From positions 26,883,525 through 26,947,524 of the forward strand of contig CM119263.1 of assembly GCA_051294375.1 (NCBI GenBank): 64,000 bases of DNA. The letters run 5' to 3'. Source of the stretch: Paraspadella gotoi (taxonomy: Eukaryota; Animalia; Chaetognatha). Below the pieces are notes generated by a model that worked only from the letters and a program-made list of their open reading frames with translations, was not told the DNA's origin and did no database searches. The translations under genes were made by a program, and so were the position numbers. Of the stretch, positions 29,082-42,096 are shown piece after piece. Position 1 is the stretch's first letter, and every line of letters starts with the position of its first letter.

Positions 29082-30891
29082 TGTGATGTCGTCAGCTGCC
29101 GCTTTAGCTAACGGGGAATGTGGTTGCCTTCAGCTTTTCAAAACTCTTAAGTAAGTTCGATCAAGTTTAAGTCGGGTAAGTTCTGTGTTTTTCTATTCGC
29201 TGAAAATAAGTCGTCGGACCAGTTTTTCTCATTTCGGACGAATTTAAAGAGAAAACTGGTTAAATTCGGAGCTTTTATTGACTGAATAAATTGTTAAGTA
29301 AAAAAAAAACTGTGACGATTAACAGACTAAAGTTTTTTATATTATTAATTTATGATTTTATATGATAAATACTTCGAACGAAAAAACTTGGGTGGATTGT
29401 TTCACTTCAGCGAAAAAAAATTTTTTGATTCCAAAAAAAAAAATTCAGAATCACGAAACGATGGTGGGATTGTAGAAATGATAGAATTCAATCGAGGAAA
29501 AGTAATAAGTATAAAGGTAATAAGTTAAAATAAGAAATATTTACTTTCGTTCAGACTATAGTTTTCGTAATTTTATCCTTCTTCTGCCGGCGAGTTTCGA
29601 TTGGAACCCGCATTGCGTTTGTTAGAAAATCGAAACTGCCCAGATCGCTTCTGTGGGCGAAGCATTTTAGATATCGACTTTTCAATTTTTTTTTAAATTC
29701 CCACTCGGAGAAAACTCTTGCATAAAAAAATATTTTGGCCGGTCGCATCGGTTGCCTAATTTAATGTAATATACCGCTCTACGTTGGTCGTTGTGAACTT
29801 TTTGCGAAAGAGTGAGATAGAGAGAGAGAGAGAGAGAGAGAGTTTCGTGTCTGATCATCGTGGTTCGATCGAGTTGGAGCAAGAAAAAGCTTTATTTTGT
29901 AAGAACCTGGAAGTTGGATGATTCATGTCGAATCTAAAGTTAACAACACGAACATTGAACGTTAAACTCTCCAAAAAAATTAAACTCCAGAAATGTTTGC
30001 ACAAAAAAGTTCTTTTTATAAACTTTCGGTTTGTAATCGTTAAAAAAACTTTTAAAGTAAACATAGATTAACTCTGTTTATTCAAGTAATTTTTTTTTAT
30101 GACATTTCAAATTTTCAAATTTGAAATAAAAAAAAAACCAGCTGGTCGCCGTTGAAGTTCCGCGCATAAAATCCAAACCAGAATTCGGGTCTTTCGTGCG
30201 CGAATCTCTGGCGACAAATTTGAGGCAGGTTTGGACGAATCGGGTAGGGACGACGACGACGACGACGACGACGTCGATGACGACGACAACAACGACGACA
30301 ATTTTTTTCAACTTCCTAATAAGAGAAACAGGAAAAGTTATCTAAACGTTAATTTTCTGCAACGTCTTCCGTTCTTTTTTTTTTTACTTTATTTGACATT
30401 TTTTTGCATTTTTAGTTGTTATTAGTTAATAAATTTTGTTTTCTTTGTTTGTTTAATTTTTTGCTTGGTTTTGTTTGTTTCTTTTGTGATTGTTGTTATT
30501 TAGTTTTGTTTCTTGATTTTTTTTCCCTTTCCTTTCAATTTCTTTCCCTAACAAAACTAAAATTAAAACAAAACAACAAAATAAATCGAACTATTCTGAG
30601 TGGAATTTTGAGAGGATAAAAAACTAATTTCATTTAACTGTTATATTTGATACAATTCAATCTCAAAAATGAAATCACAGACAGGAGTCAATAAGACAAT
30701 AATTTCGAGGCAATCAATCTTAAAAATCGTATCAATCAAAAGAAACTACGGGAATAAAATTAAAACAACAAAGAGGAAAAGAGCGAACGGAAATAAAAAA
30801 GCGCTCGTTGGCAAAAATTCGAAAGAGCGTTACAACCGAAGTGTGACTTTTTCACAATTAAGCAGTGAAACAGCAACGGAGTGATTTTTCT

Positions 30892-33447
30892 TCACACTTC
30901 CACCGCCGAGCAGCACTCCTCAACTTCCTCCGCGATCCGTAATATCGTCAACACGTGTCCTTTGTGACTCTCTGCGTCGGCAATGGCTTCGGCTGCGTCG
31001 GCAGCAGCAGCGACATAGTCTCTAGCATAGTCTCTCGCATCGGCAAAGTCTCTAGCGGCTTCGACGCGACGAGCGAAGAGTTTGAGGTCGTGAAGCCACC
31101 AATCCTCGTAGCGCCACTCGGGAAGTTTCAAGACGTTGCCGTATTGCATTTTGAAGACGACCTGCGATGAAAAAGAAGGGGCTTGATTATGAGCGGTATT
31201 ATTAGTAGTAAAGTTTATATATATTCTTCGGCAAAATTTTTTTTTTTCTCTTTTAAAACTAAATTTTTAGTCGACTTCAATTTCATAGCAATGGAGAAAA
31301 TGCCCTCTTGAATTTAAAAAAAAAATCATTTCTCATTTATTTTCTAATCTTTCTGATATATAATAAAGTATGTACGTCGTTTCTGTTAAGTACTGGATTT
31401 TTATTTTCTTGACATATTTTGGATTCAAGAACTTCTCACCTAATCCGTCGTGTGTTGGAAAAAAATACATTATAAAAAGAAATAAAACGCTTTTTTCCCA
31501 AATTTAGGATGCAGTGTATTTAACTTTGTTAAAACAATTAATGAGAACCTTTATATATGTTTTTTTTTAGTTATTTTGTATGAAATTGGGTTTAACCTGT
31601 TTTCTCGGCGTCAAGGAGTCACTTTGTTCTTCGATCCAAGTGATTTCGCTGCCTTCAGATGTCGCAAGACGAACTATCAACCTAAGAGTAAAAGATAAGT
31701 CAACAAAAGAACAGTCGACTCTGTTTACTAAAATACCTACCTCAAGTGGGTCCCGTCGTCTGAATCGTATTCAAGTTGCGCGCTGGTGACTGTCAAAGGA
31801 CCGAATAGGTGCACCAGCCAGCTTAGACGAGAGATACCTGGAGTAATTACGTAATTAAGTTGAATATAGAAAAAATATAGGTAACGCGCATATCATTTAA
31901 TGCAAACCATATCATACAACTATCAAGTCGCCGTTCAGTGTTCACCCTGAAAAGAGAGGAAAACCCATGGAGTCCATGTCTCCCGAGACTTCGCGCCATG
32001 TAGAGCAGACCACTTGGAGTGGACCCATCGACGCAACTCCGCTTTCAGACTCTTGAACTGCGTTGAGAGAAGCTCGATTTGGGACACGTAGAGCGTCACT
32101 CCTGTAGGAGCAGGGAGGGTGAAGTGGCGCGGGTGGAGCGAGGAGTTAGTGGATTGAAAATAGTCAGGAATGTTGTAGTAGAATTAATAGGATTATTGAA
32201 TGAATTTATGGATGGATGGGTGGTCGGATTGTTGGATAGATGAATGAATTATGATTGGATGAATTGATTGAATTAATGAATGAAGGAATAAGAGAGAGAA
32301 TAGACGAGGAGATTGATTGATGGATGGATTAAAAGATGGTTTGAAGGATGAATCAATCTATGTATGGTTGAATGGAAAGATGAAATGACGGACGGATGGA
32401 TAAATGGATGGACGGCCAAACGTCTCGCCTTTTTCCTCGGCGAGCGCGTAGAGGCTTTCCGCTTCTGCGACGGAGAGAGCGAGGGGATACTCGACCAACA
32501 CGTGTTTCTTCGCCTTCAAGAATCGACGGACGAGTTGAGCGTGATTGGCAGATTCTGACATCGACCAGGCAATCAAGCAATTCGAAAGTGATTACGTTAA
32601 AGACTTTAGTCGGTTCTTTTTTTTTTTTAAACTTTATTCAATCAAATATTTAATCGAAAAGTCTTTCTAAGAATTATTAATTTAATTATTGAATTACAAT
32701 CAGTCAGTCAAAAAAGTTCTCGGCAAAATAAATTGGGTATTATGGCAACAGCCGGGTTGCCTGTGATGCCCATTCGGATGGGCATCACACCCGTTGGCTT
32801 TGGGGGCTTCCGACCCTCAGTGACGCATCCAGTCACTGGCGCGGTTACCCTAGGACGGTCTCGCTTTGCCAACGCAGAGGGAAGTCGTTAGGACTGTGGA
32901 TGGGACACTACACTGGGATGGTGTGTTCCCCCTCTGAGCCAATGGATTTGGCTGAAGGATGACGGACGTGAGGCGGTGTGAATATACCGCCACAGTATAA
33001 TGAAAAAAAAGCTTGAACTCAAATACATCGTCAATCAATGAAAGAGTGGACCGGAACCCTCACCCGTGGAAATGACGACTGCGTCGGTGTGATCGGCCCG
33101 TTCCACTTCCTCCAGTGAAAACTGATCGATGCTCTCGTAGTCGGTTTGGCTTCTTCGGGACACGATTCCTTATGTACATTTATTATATTGTTTTCCCGCT
33201 CGTTAGCAAATAATTATAAAAGTCTTTTTATATAGATTCAAAGCTATATAGATTTTGCTCATCTCACTAACTCACCGGAAAGTTCGAATCCCCTCTCTTC
33301 CGCCTCGTCCGACAAGATCGCCTCCAGCCTCGAATGTCCGGCGGAACCTAGACCAATCACCGCGAAGAACAACCGACCAATTAGATTTGACGAGGAGACG
33401 TCGGATAACTCAACGTTCGAGACGTGGTTCTCATTAACTCGAGACAT
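30892..33447 (-). CDS. BLVRA: Biliverdin reductase A-like (Gfo/Idh/MocA fold), 7 exons
   Basis: AVIGLGSAGHSR, KHVLVEYPLALSVAEAESLYALAEEKG, QIELL, ISRLSWLVHLFG, ITWIEE, ILRIAEEVE. One GC-AG intron; apparent compensating frameshifts in exon 4. Confidence 0.85.
32741..32994 (-). mobile_element. Solo LTR, family B
   Basis: Ends TGTGGC...GCCATA; TSD GTAT (32737-32740 and 32995-32998); three copies in the window. Confidence 0.8.
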
Positions 33448-34020
33448 GATTCTAATTCTTTCTATTTTTTTTTTTTGGCATAAGAAATTTTCGCGAAAGA
33501 GTTGGTTCGAAATATTGTTATGACGGTCCCTATTATTTTTGTGGTCGTTTCGTTTGAGTATTGTTTTTCGTTTGAGTTTTTTTTTTTCCGCGTCACGAAA
33601 TTAATTCCATTTAATTCGATTAGTCTGATTCAAAGATTTACAATGTTATTTCTCGCATTGTCTTCGTCGCTTTCGCTTCGTCCGTAACACAAGCCCAAAA
33701 AGCAATTGACTTTTGTCATACTTTGATATTAATCGCGACCAATGAGGGTTTATCTTATCTCACTTTTCGATGCAGTTTCACGATTTATAAGCGACGAAGT
33801 TCGTGAAAACATGTTTCTTGATTCACTTCAAAATTCTTTCACAAAACAGTTTGAAATCACGTTGACGATTGCACCGGCAGAGTTCCGTGAAGTTTATTTC
33901 ATTATTTATGTATTTTTGTTATCTTTAAAATGGGAAGTGAGCTTTCACTGTCACAACTTAAATTACTCCGAAGAGCTTAGACGAAAGTCAGAGAGAGAGA
34001 GAGAGGAGAGAGAGAGGAGG

Positions 34021-34098
<78 letters not shown>

Positions 34099-34525
34099 TT
34101 AATGAATGAATGAATGTATGTGTCATATCACGTAATTTTTTACTCATGGCCTAGAAATTGCAGAGTCACGTTGAAAGGTACGGTTACAGTAGCCATTTTT
34201 TTAAAAAAATTAACAATATTTTTTTCGCTTTATTTGCCAATAAAAAAGCTTGTGTTGTTATCGTAAATAAGGCGAAAATAAATGTGATCGATGAAATTAC
34301 TATTTTCCGTGGCAACATTCAGATATTTATTGAAATATAATTAAATAATTACTTGTATCGACACGCAAACACAAAATTGTAACGAAGAAAAAACATTTTT
34401 CCCGGAGCAGAAATCTTTTTAATCATCGCACATTCATTTTTTCCTTGTTTTTGTCGATTTCTTTTTTTTTTTTGTGTGTGTAATAATTTTTATTTCACCG
34501 CGGAAAGATCGATGCGGGGCGAAGC

Positions 34526-34622
<97 letters not shown>

Positions 34623-35747
34623 AAAGAAAGAAGGAAATCACAGTTGCAACTGAAAAAGAAAGTTTAAGTAGTTCTCCAGAGATCACTGGGGTAAGGGCGA
34701 AGAAGGGGCAGAGGGAGAAAGAGAGGGAGAGGGAGAGGAAGGGGAAGAGGAAAAGAAGAAGTGCGAAGAGAAAATGAAATAAATAATAATTAATAATTAG
34801 TTAAAAAAAGAGCCGAAAAAGAGAATAAGAATAAGTATAACAGATAGGAGAAAAGAGAGTAGAATACAAAGAGGAGAAAGAGTAGAAGGAGAAGAGGTAG
34901 GAGAAGAGGAAGACGCTAGAGGACAAGTGATAGAGGATGAGGGAGAGTTCAGAGGAGTAGAGGGAGGAGAGGAAGGAGAGTACAGAGAAGTAGAGGGAGG
35001 AGAAGATCGAAAATTGAAAAAGGACGAAAACGAAAAATCAAAGAGAAGCAAATATTTCTTCAGCTCGAGAAAAGTAACCTTCGCGCTTTATCAAGTGGTT
35101 ATATATAAGTACTTTTCTGTCAAACCAATTTTCTAATAAAACGTATTAAAATGTAATAAAATTTTTTTTTAAAGGAATCAACCGAGTAAAGTATTATATT
35201 TTTTAACCTTTTGTGGAATTCAATTATAAGTTAAACTTAAGATTCAAATTAAATTCTTTTACACGAAGGAATACGCCTCTTCTCAAAAATATATTTAGTC
35301 ATAAAGGAGACATGATTCGACGAAAAAATCCCGAGTTCGAATCCCACGAATATCGGTTCTTTTATTATGAGTTTGACGATCCTAAATTTACGGGAAGCCA
35401 GGAGGCCTTCGTCAGAGGACCTAAATATTTATCGAGGACTCTTTAAGAAGAGATTTGGCGTGACGATGGCCTCTTGTAAGGACCTCGCATTCCATCTTGA
35501 CTCACAAACGGAAATGATGACAATGTGACGATCACGATGATAACTTAGCAATGTGATGTGTCGATCGGATTTACGCTCAAGATCCTCTTGTGAGAAGTGA
35601 CTCTTTCTTTGAAGGAATCTCGTGACGAGAAGGGATTACCCGAATAAAAAACTGTTCTTTCAAAAATAGGACGTTTCTTAGTCCTAGAAACTTGTGTTGC
35701 AACTGCGTTAGGGCCCAACCCCTCTTTACTTAGAAAATTCTCGTGAG

Positions 35748-35790
<43 letters not shown>

Positions 35791-36029
35791 GCCCGTAGGA
35801 CCTCTTAAGTCTCAAGAATGGCCTCTTTGAGTTCAAATTGTTCAAAATAAAAAACGGTTCAATTGATGGGAACAGGAAGTAGATTCATTTTAATAAAAAG
35901 CGCCAATCTTTGTATTTAAAAAACAAACAAAAAATATATTTAGAAGAAAAAAAATTAACAAAATATAATTTAAAAAAAAATCTTATTCATACGAGAAAGT
36001 AAAAATTCAACCAGTGGTGCACCAATACA

Positions 36030-36351
36030 TGTAAATCGCTTTTAAGGGCTTAAACTGAACTGTTACTGCGGCACTAATAATATTTTTTTAATTTGCATCA
36101 TTCTCTTTTCTTTTTACTTGTATTTTAACTTGTATCATTTTTTAAACTTCTTTATTTTTTTATCTTTATTATTTTTCCAGCTTGCATCATTTTTTTAACT
36201 TGCATCATTTTTTCAACTTACATCGTTTTTTCATCTTGCATCATTTTTCAACTTGCATCATTTTTTCAACTCGCAACATTTTTTCAACTTGCATCCTTTT
36301 TTTGACTTGCATATTTTTTTTCTAATTCAATTTGCATTAAAGCGATTTACA
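36030..36351. mobile_element. MITE-like element with internal ~19-bp minisatellite
   Basis: Inverted termini TGTAAATCGCTTT / AAAGCGATTTACA and an internal (TTTTTTCAACTTGCATCAT)n array. A similar terminus occurs at about 363-380. Confidence 0.55.
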
Positions 36352-36770
36352 ATAATAGACGATTCTATCAAAGACTAAGAGGATATAAACGAGAGAGTCG
36401 ATCTCTGTTATTTTTTTTTTTTTTTTATGGTTTGTTTTGTTCTATTTGCAAATTGAATCGAAAAGAAAAGATTGTTTACGTTGTTTTACAGATGTTTAAC
36501 AGTTGAGCAGATTAGACTTTAGAGGATCTGCCTCTGCAGGTGGTAGAACAGGAAAAGGGCGCGAAATAGAATGATAAATTGATAAACTTTGATCTAGCGT
36601 TTTCTAAAAAATCAACTATATTCTCTCATTGAAAAGTTTGTTTTTATTTTTGACAAAAATAGTAACATAATCTTTTAGATTTTTAATTGCTAAGTTGTCA
36701 TTAGAATAAAATTTTTCAACGATTATGAAGAAAGAAAACATTGTAGGAAGTATAAGCAGAAGAAGAAGTG

Positions 36771-36864
36771 AATTTTCTATTACAGTCTAGCCACAATTTT
36801 CTATACATGTATTGTTTTTCATTTTTAAAATTATATAGCTGGCTGCTACGTATCAAAGAGAATT
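36771..36864 (+). repeat. 94-bp direct repeat, copy 1 (copy 2 at 42097-42190)
   Basis: AATTTTCTATTACAGTCTAGCCAC...GCTACGTATCAAAGA; 2 mismatches between copies. Confidence 0.92.
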
Positions 36865-37213
36865 TGATAAATGTTGTTCACCAATTTGAGATTATTTTTA
36901 AAAAAATTTATTTGAATAAAGACAAAATTACAACAACATAAATTTACAAGAAATACAATAATGAGTCTATGAATTAACTATACCTCATCCCACATCAACA
37001 TGAATACAAACATTTTAACAGGATTTTTAAAAAAATTATTAGGTGAAATAAAAAATATTAATCGCTTTTCCATTATACTATATACTAAATATCTGAAAAT
37101 CATTCATCAAATTAGCTATGACAGAATTAATTCTAAATTATGATGCAATAATTTTTGTAATCTATATTATGGAAAAGATAACCAAACAATACCCTATCAA
37201 AAAACCAACTCCT

Positions 37214-40200
37214 CTACTCTCCAGCAAATTTTAGCTCAAATATATAATCTTGAAACGGGGTCTGCAAAATTTTTGTCCTCAAACCAATTCGTTTGCCATT
37301 GAGCAAAACTTCGGCGTCTTTCAACTTCTTTCTTGCCTTCCCAACCAAAGGCCCAACCAAAGCCTGAACGTTGTAAGTTTCCTTGAAAGGGATGACCTCG
37401 ACGGAGCCATGGTCACCGACTCTAATGCGGGCTTCCGACAAAGTCATCGTCAATTTCGATTCATCAATGGTCGGCGGAAAGTTTTTCATGTCTTCGTCCA
37501 AAGATGGAAAGACAATTCCGGTTTCGTCGTCCTTGACAACCACCCTCGCCAAGTCGATGCCGGAAAAATTCTCCCGCGCGATTTCGATAAGACGCGTCTT
37601 TAGAATGGGGACGGGAATCACCGTTCGATCGTCGGGAAATTCGAGTCGTATCGTCCTCGCAGTGTGAACACCAGACGGCCTTAAGAAGCTGAGACGAAGC
37701 TCAATGGCCGAACTGCTTTGTGCCGGTTCCAAGCACGCTTCTACGAAAGCTTCCTTCTCATAGGCATCGTAGGTCGCCACGAAATCTTCGTTGGTCGACT
37801 CTACTCGGCCCATCTGCTTGAGCACGGAGAGACAGTGGCAGTAAAAGAAAGGAAAGGGGACGAGGAGGCAGTAGAAAATCTCCATTGGCAACGGATCCTT
37901 TTCTACGCTTCCGCATAATCGACGGAAAACATCGCCGTTTCTACTTTGGTGGGCGTGATGCACCACGTTGCGCGAGAAGCGTAGCAAACCGGCGAAAGAC
38001 GAGACGCGGTAGCCGCGACCGCGACTGGCGAACGTTTCCAGCAGGCGTCGGTCTATATGTTTATGCCAGGCGCCCAGTCCACCGATCACCAGTCCTGAGT
38101 TCATCTCGGCATGAACTCGTTCCCTCTCATCCGCGCCTTCAATCATCAATTCATTAAGGAGCCCAACGTCGAGGATCTTTGACGACATGCTCAAAAGCGC
38201 CGGGCAATTGAGGGCATCGCTGGCACTGAATCCTCGCTCAGTGAGGCATCTGACCAGAACTCGAATCTCAACGTTTTCAACTCGATTAGTTTCTCCGCCG
38301 GCGATGGAGATTATGACATCGCTGGAGGCAACCAAGTCAGTATTGATGTCGTCTGTTATTGGAATACTCTCGGCTGCTGAAAAATCGCATAACTTAAGCG
38401 TAAAGCTCTCACCATGAATCTGCAGGTATAAACTGTCCATGTTGACTCGATTATGGTGGATTGGAGTTTTGAGCGTATGAAGATAGTCCATGGCTAACAT
38501 GAGCTGTTTGATAAGCTCAATGCGTATTGAATGTAGTTGAAGCCCATTTTTTTGAATATTGATGGACTTCACAAAATTTAGCAGACTTTGATCCGTTGCT
38601 TCAAAAAACAGATAACCGTTATACTCAAGAAACGGGTTCCAAGCATAAAAATACGATAACAATTTGAGAACATTCTGATGATTTAGCTCCAAATGTATTC
38701 CGAGTTCTTTCTCATATTGTCTTTTACTTGACAAGCGACGATTGAGGTCACTAGGATAGCGACGGCGTAGGTAAAGAAGATAGAAATACAAAGACAACCA
38801 AAATATTGTTATCAACACCCAGACTGTTCCTATGGTCAATAGAATAACAGGGGACACGGTGCCTATAATCCAACATGAGTGATAAGCACTTTCAATGGAA
38901 TTGTCTTTACAAGAGATTATTTGTGATCGAGACCTATGAAAGTTGTAAAGATATTCCACCAACATACAATTATCGCAGTTAAATGGATTATTGCTCAGAT
39001 TCAATTTCACACCTTTTAAGTTTCGTAAGTTAATAGGAATCGTCGCTAAGTTGTTTTGATATAAGTTTAATCTTTCTAATATTTTCATTTGAGAAACGGC
39101 TTTTTCATCGATATAAGATATTTGGTTAAAGGAAACATCTAGTTGTGTAATTCGATTTAAGGAGTCCGACAATGTCAACTCGGTCAAGTTGTTGTAGGAA
39201 TAACTTAGAACTGTACCAGGAAAGGGAATACANNNNNNNNNNCTACGTTTCTTCTTAAAAGCACAATTAATAAAAAGCTGTCTCTGCCATTCTTCAGCTA
39301 TATGGCATTGACAACCATCTGGACAGCAGGGCAGAATATTTTGAGTGAATAGGTAATACATGAGGTCTTTGTTTTCACAATTACATATCCATTTATTGTT
39401 ATTTAATTTAATATACTGAATCATTTTTAAAGTTTTTATATCACTTTTGGATAGCGTTTTTAAACAGTTAAACCTTAAATCAACTGATTTAGGTAATGAA
39501 CCTTGGGCAAAAACAAGAAAACCTATATTTGTTAAAAAGTTGTGTTTTAAACATAATTCATATTCACATTCTGTTTTTTCAAATTTTCCAAGGTCTGTTT
39601 CACTTATATTGTTATGGTCTAAAAAAATCCTAATGTTCGACTTAGCTTTACAATTGAAATAAACTTCACCTAAATTTTGAATTTGATTTTTACCGAGGTC
39701 GAGCCAAGTAAGCGCTAAATTTTGTTCATGAAAAGATTTCAGTCTATTTTTTCTTAAAATTAGGCTTTGTAACCATTTAGAATTAAGTGAAAAAGGAGGG
39801 ATGGTTTCTATAAAATTTTTACTTAGGTCTAACAAGTTGATATAGTTTAGATGAAGATTTAAATCAGTATAATTAGAAATGTTATTTTGACTTAAACTTA
39901 ATTGGTTTAAATTTACTAATCGCACCATCCAGTTTTTAGGCATTGATGTTATTCTATTAGAATTAAGCTGGAGAATCTTCAAATTACGGGTAGTGTTGAA
40001 AACTTGTTTCGGAAGAGAAAAAAGGAAATTATTTTCTAAATTTAATATTTGCATTATATGTTGATGTTCAAATAAAGTTTCGGGAACATTTACGAGGCGA
40101 TTGTGAGCCAAATTAACGTTTTGTAGGAATTTTAAATTGTTAAATAAAGCAGCAGATATGCTTTTTAATTGGTTATTTCGTAACAAAAGGGTTCGTAAAT

Positions 40201-41918
40201 GGATTAACTCGACAAAAGCAAACTTGTGGATGAAAAACAAACGATTAAAACTTAAATCCAAGTAAGTAGTGCCACCCAACCTATGAAATGTTAGGTGTTC
40301 AATTCGATTCAAATTTAAATTCTTTGTAATAATGAGTCTGAGTATAGAACGATAGGCAAAGATCCTTTCTTCAATTTTCGCCAAACAGCCTTCAATTGTA
40401 AGCGTTAACATGCGTCCAGTTTTTTTGAATGCTCCTTTGTCCAAATTCAATTGTAAACTCTTATTTTTATAAAATCGTCCGCAACCCAAGATGATTTTGA
40501 GTTCAGGTTTACGTTTACTTCGTCCTTTCATAAAGGAAAAGGCATGCTGACTTATGTTTTGAATTGGGTTACCGAGAAGCGACATAGTGTAGGTGTTTTT
40601 AAGTAGCTTGAAAGTGTTTTCAGTTATATTAGTAAGTAAATTGTTATCTGCATGTAAATTTCTCAAACTAGTTCGATTCTCAAAAGGAAATTCTAATTCT
40701 CTGATCGAATTGTTATCTAGAATTAAATGAGGAAAATGTTTTGAAGCATTATAACGAAAAAATATTTTTGAAGTAAAATTTGTTAAATTGTTTCCGGTCA
40801 GGTCGACATAGTGTAACATAACGTTTTTTTCAAATGCATCAATTGATATGTTTAGTTTAACATTATATAATAAAACTAGTTTTTGGAGAAACTTTAGGTT
40901 TTCGAATGTTGAAGAAGATATGTTCATCGATACATTTTCAGTAATGAAGAGATATTGTAGAGAATTAAAGTTTTTGAAAATTCCTTCATTAATTTCACTA
41001 ATGTTATTATTTAATAATAAAAGACCTAAAAGATGACTTGGAGTTTTAAAAGTATTTTCTCTCACACTTGATATATTGTTATGAGCAAAAAAAATTCCCT
41101 TAAGATTTGAAAACCCTTGAGAAAAAGCGTCTTCTAGACGTTCCAGACCTAAATGTGAAAAAATCAGCGTCATCGAACTATTATGTATGTCTTTCATTTT
41201 AAATTCTTGAAGAGTAGTTGAATCATTCATCATAGCTTGTGACAATACCGAGCAGCCTGAAAAAAAAGAAAGTGAAATCCAATATACGTATTTCGCTATT
41301 TTCTTGTGTAAATTATTGTACCTTCATTTATTAATTCAGAATGATAATGAACATATGCTTAACTGAAATAAAAATACTGAGTGGATACACGTGATAGTGA
41401 ATGAATGAATGAAAGAATGAATGAGTGAATTAATGAATTTGAAAACTTACTAAAGTGAAAAATGGTATATTTGAAAATTTTCCTCATTTTTAATTTTTTT
41501 TACTAAAATCTAATAAAATTTATAATGGATAAAAGGTTGTCAAACATTTTAACCTGGCTTTTTTCGAAAGTTGATGTCTGGAATATTAGAGTCAGTTCTC
41601 CATCCACAGCTCCAAAGATCCAAGCTAGTGCCTTGGTCATGCAGAGGCGTATATATACAAGATATTCTACAAGAATTTTGAGCAATGTTCAAATCAGGTT
41701 CACGCATCCTAAAAATTGAAAGATTCAAATCTAAATTGACGCTTTCTTTGTTTATCGATCTTGTTTTTAAATTACCTGATATTTTTTGAATGTAGTTTTT
41801 TCAGTGCGTCTAAGACTTCCGAAGTTTTTGAGTAAATCAAAAAGTCGAGTCCCCACGTTGTCGATAATAAAATCATTGTACCAAAAATAACGAAAAATTT
41901 TGCTGCAATTAAAGACAT
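37214..41918 (-). CDS. Toll-like LRR ectodomain - TM - pseudokinase - KEN ribonuclease - putative tandem ubiquitin-like receptor
   Basis: Signal-peptide exon 41918-41776 (MSLIAAKFFVIFGTMILLSTTWG), exon 41708-41554 and main exon 41256-37214 are phase-compatible. About 20 LRRs, LRRCT/LRRNT (WICNC..CPDGCQC), 3 LRRs, LRRCT (NPFNCDNC), TM about 38873-38770. Kinase-like segment (HQNVLKL, LMLAMDYLH, LKLCDFS), then KEN motif W..ID...GYRVSSFAGLLRFSRNVVHH. Confidence 0.88.
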
Positions 41919-42096
41919 TTTCTCTCGTTTACAGAAGAAAGAAACAAATAGATGGAAACACTTTTTTGATCATCGCGTGATCAAGAGGCGATCTCGAAGA
42001 ACGATCTCTTTCTACATTTGGGCACTCTTTTCCGAAAGCGCCTCATTTCTCTTCCTTAATCCCTGAATCGAACTTTAATTAAAGTTCGATTTTTCA

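Noticed and set aside
36160-36310. CRISPR-like periodic repeat
   Set aside because: No unique spacers; a simple minisatellite in a eukaryotic genome.
41322-41502. Two possible extra mini-exons or an alternative ATG (41487) for the LRR-KEN gene
   Set aside because: Including both gives an in-frame TAA; cannot be resolved without transcripts, and skipping them keeps the frame.
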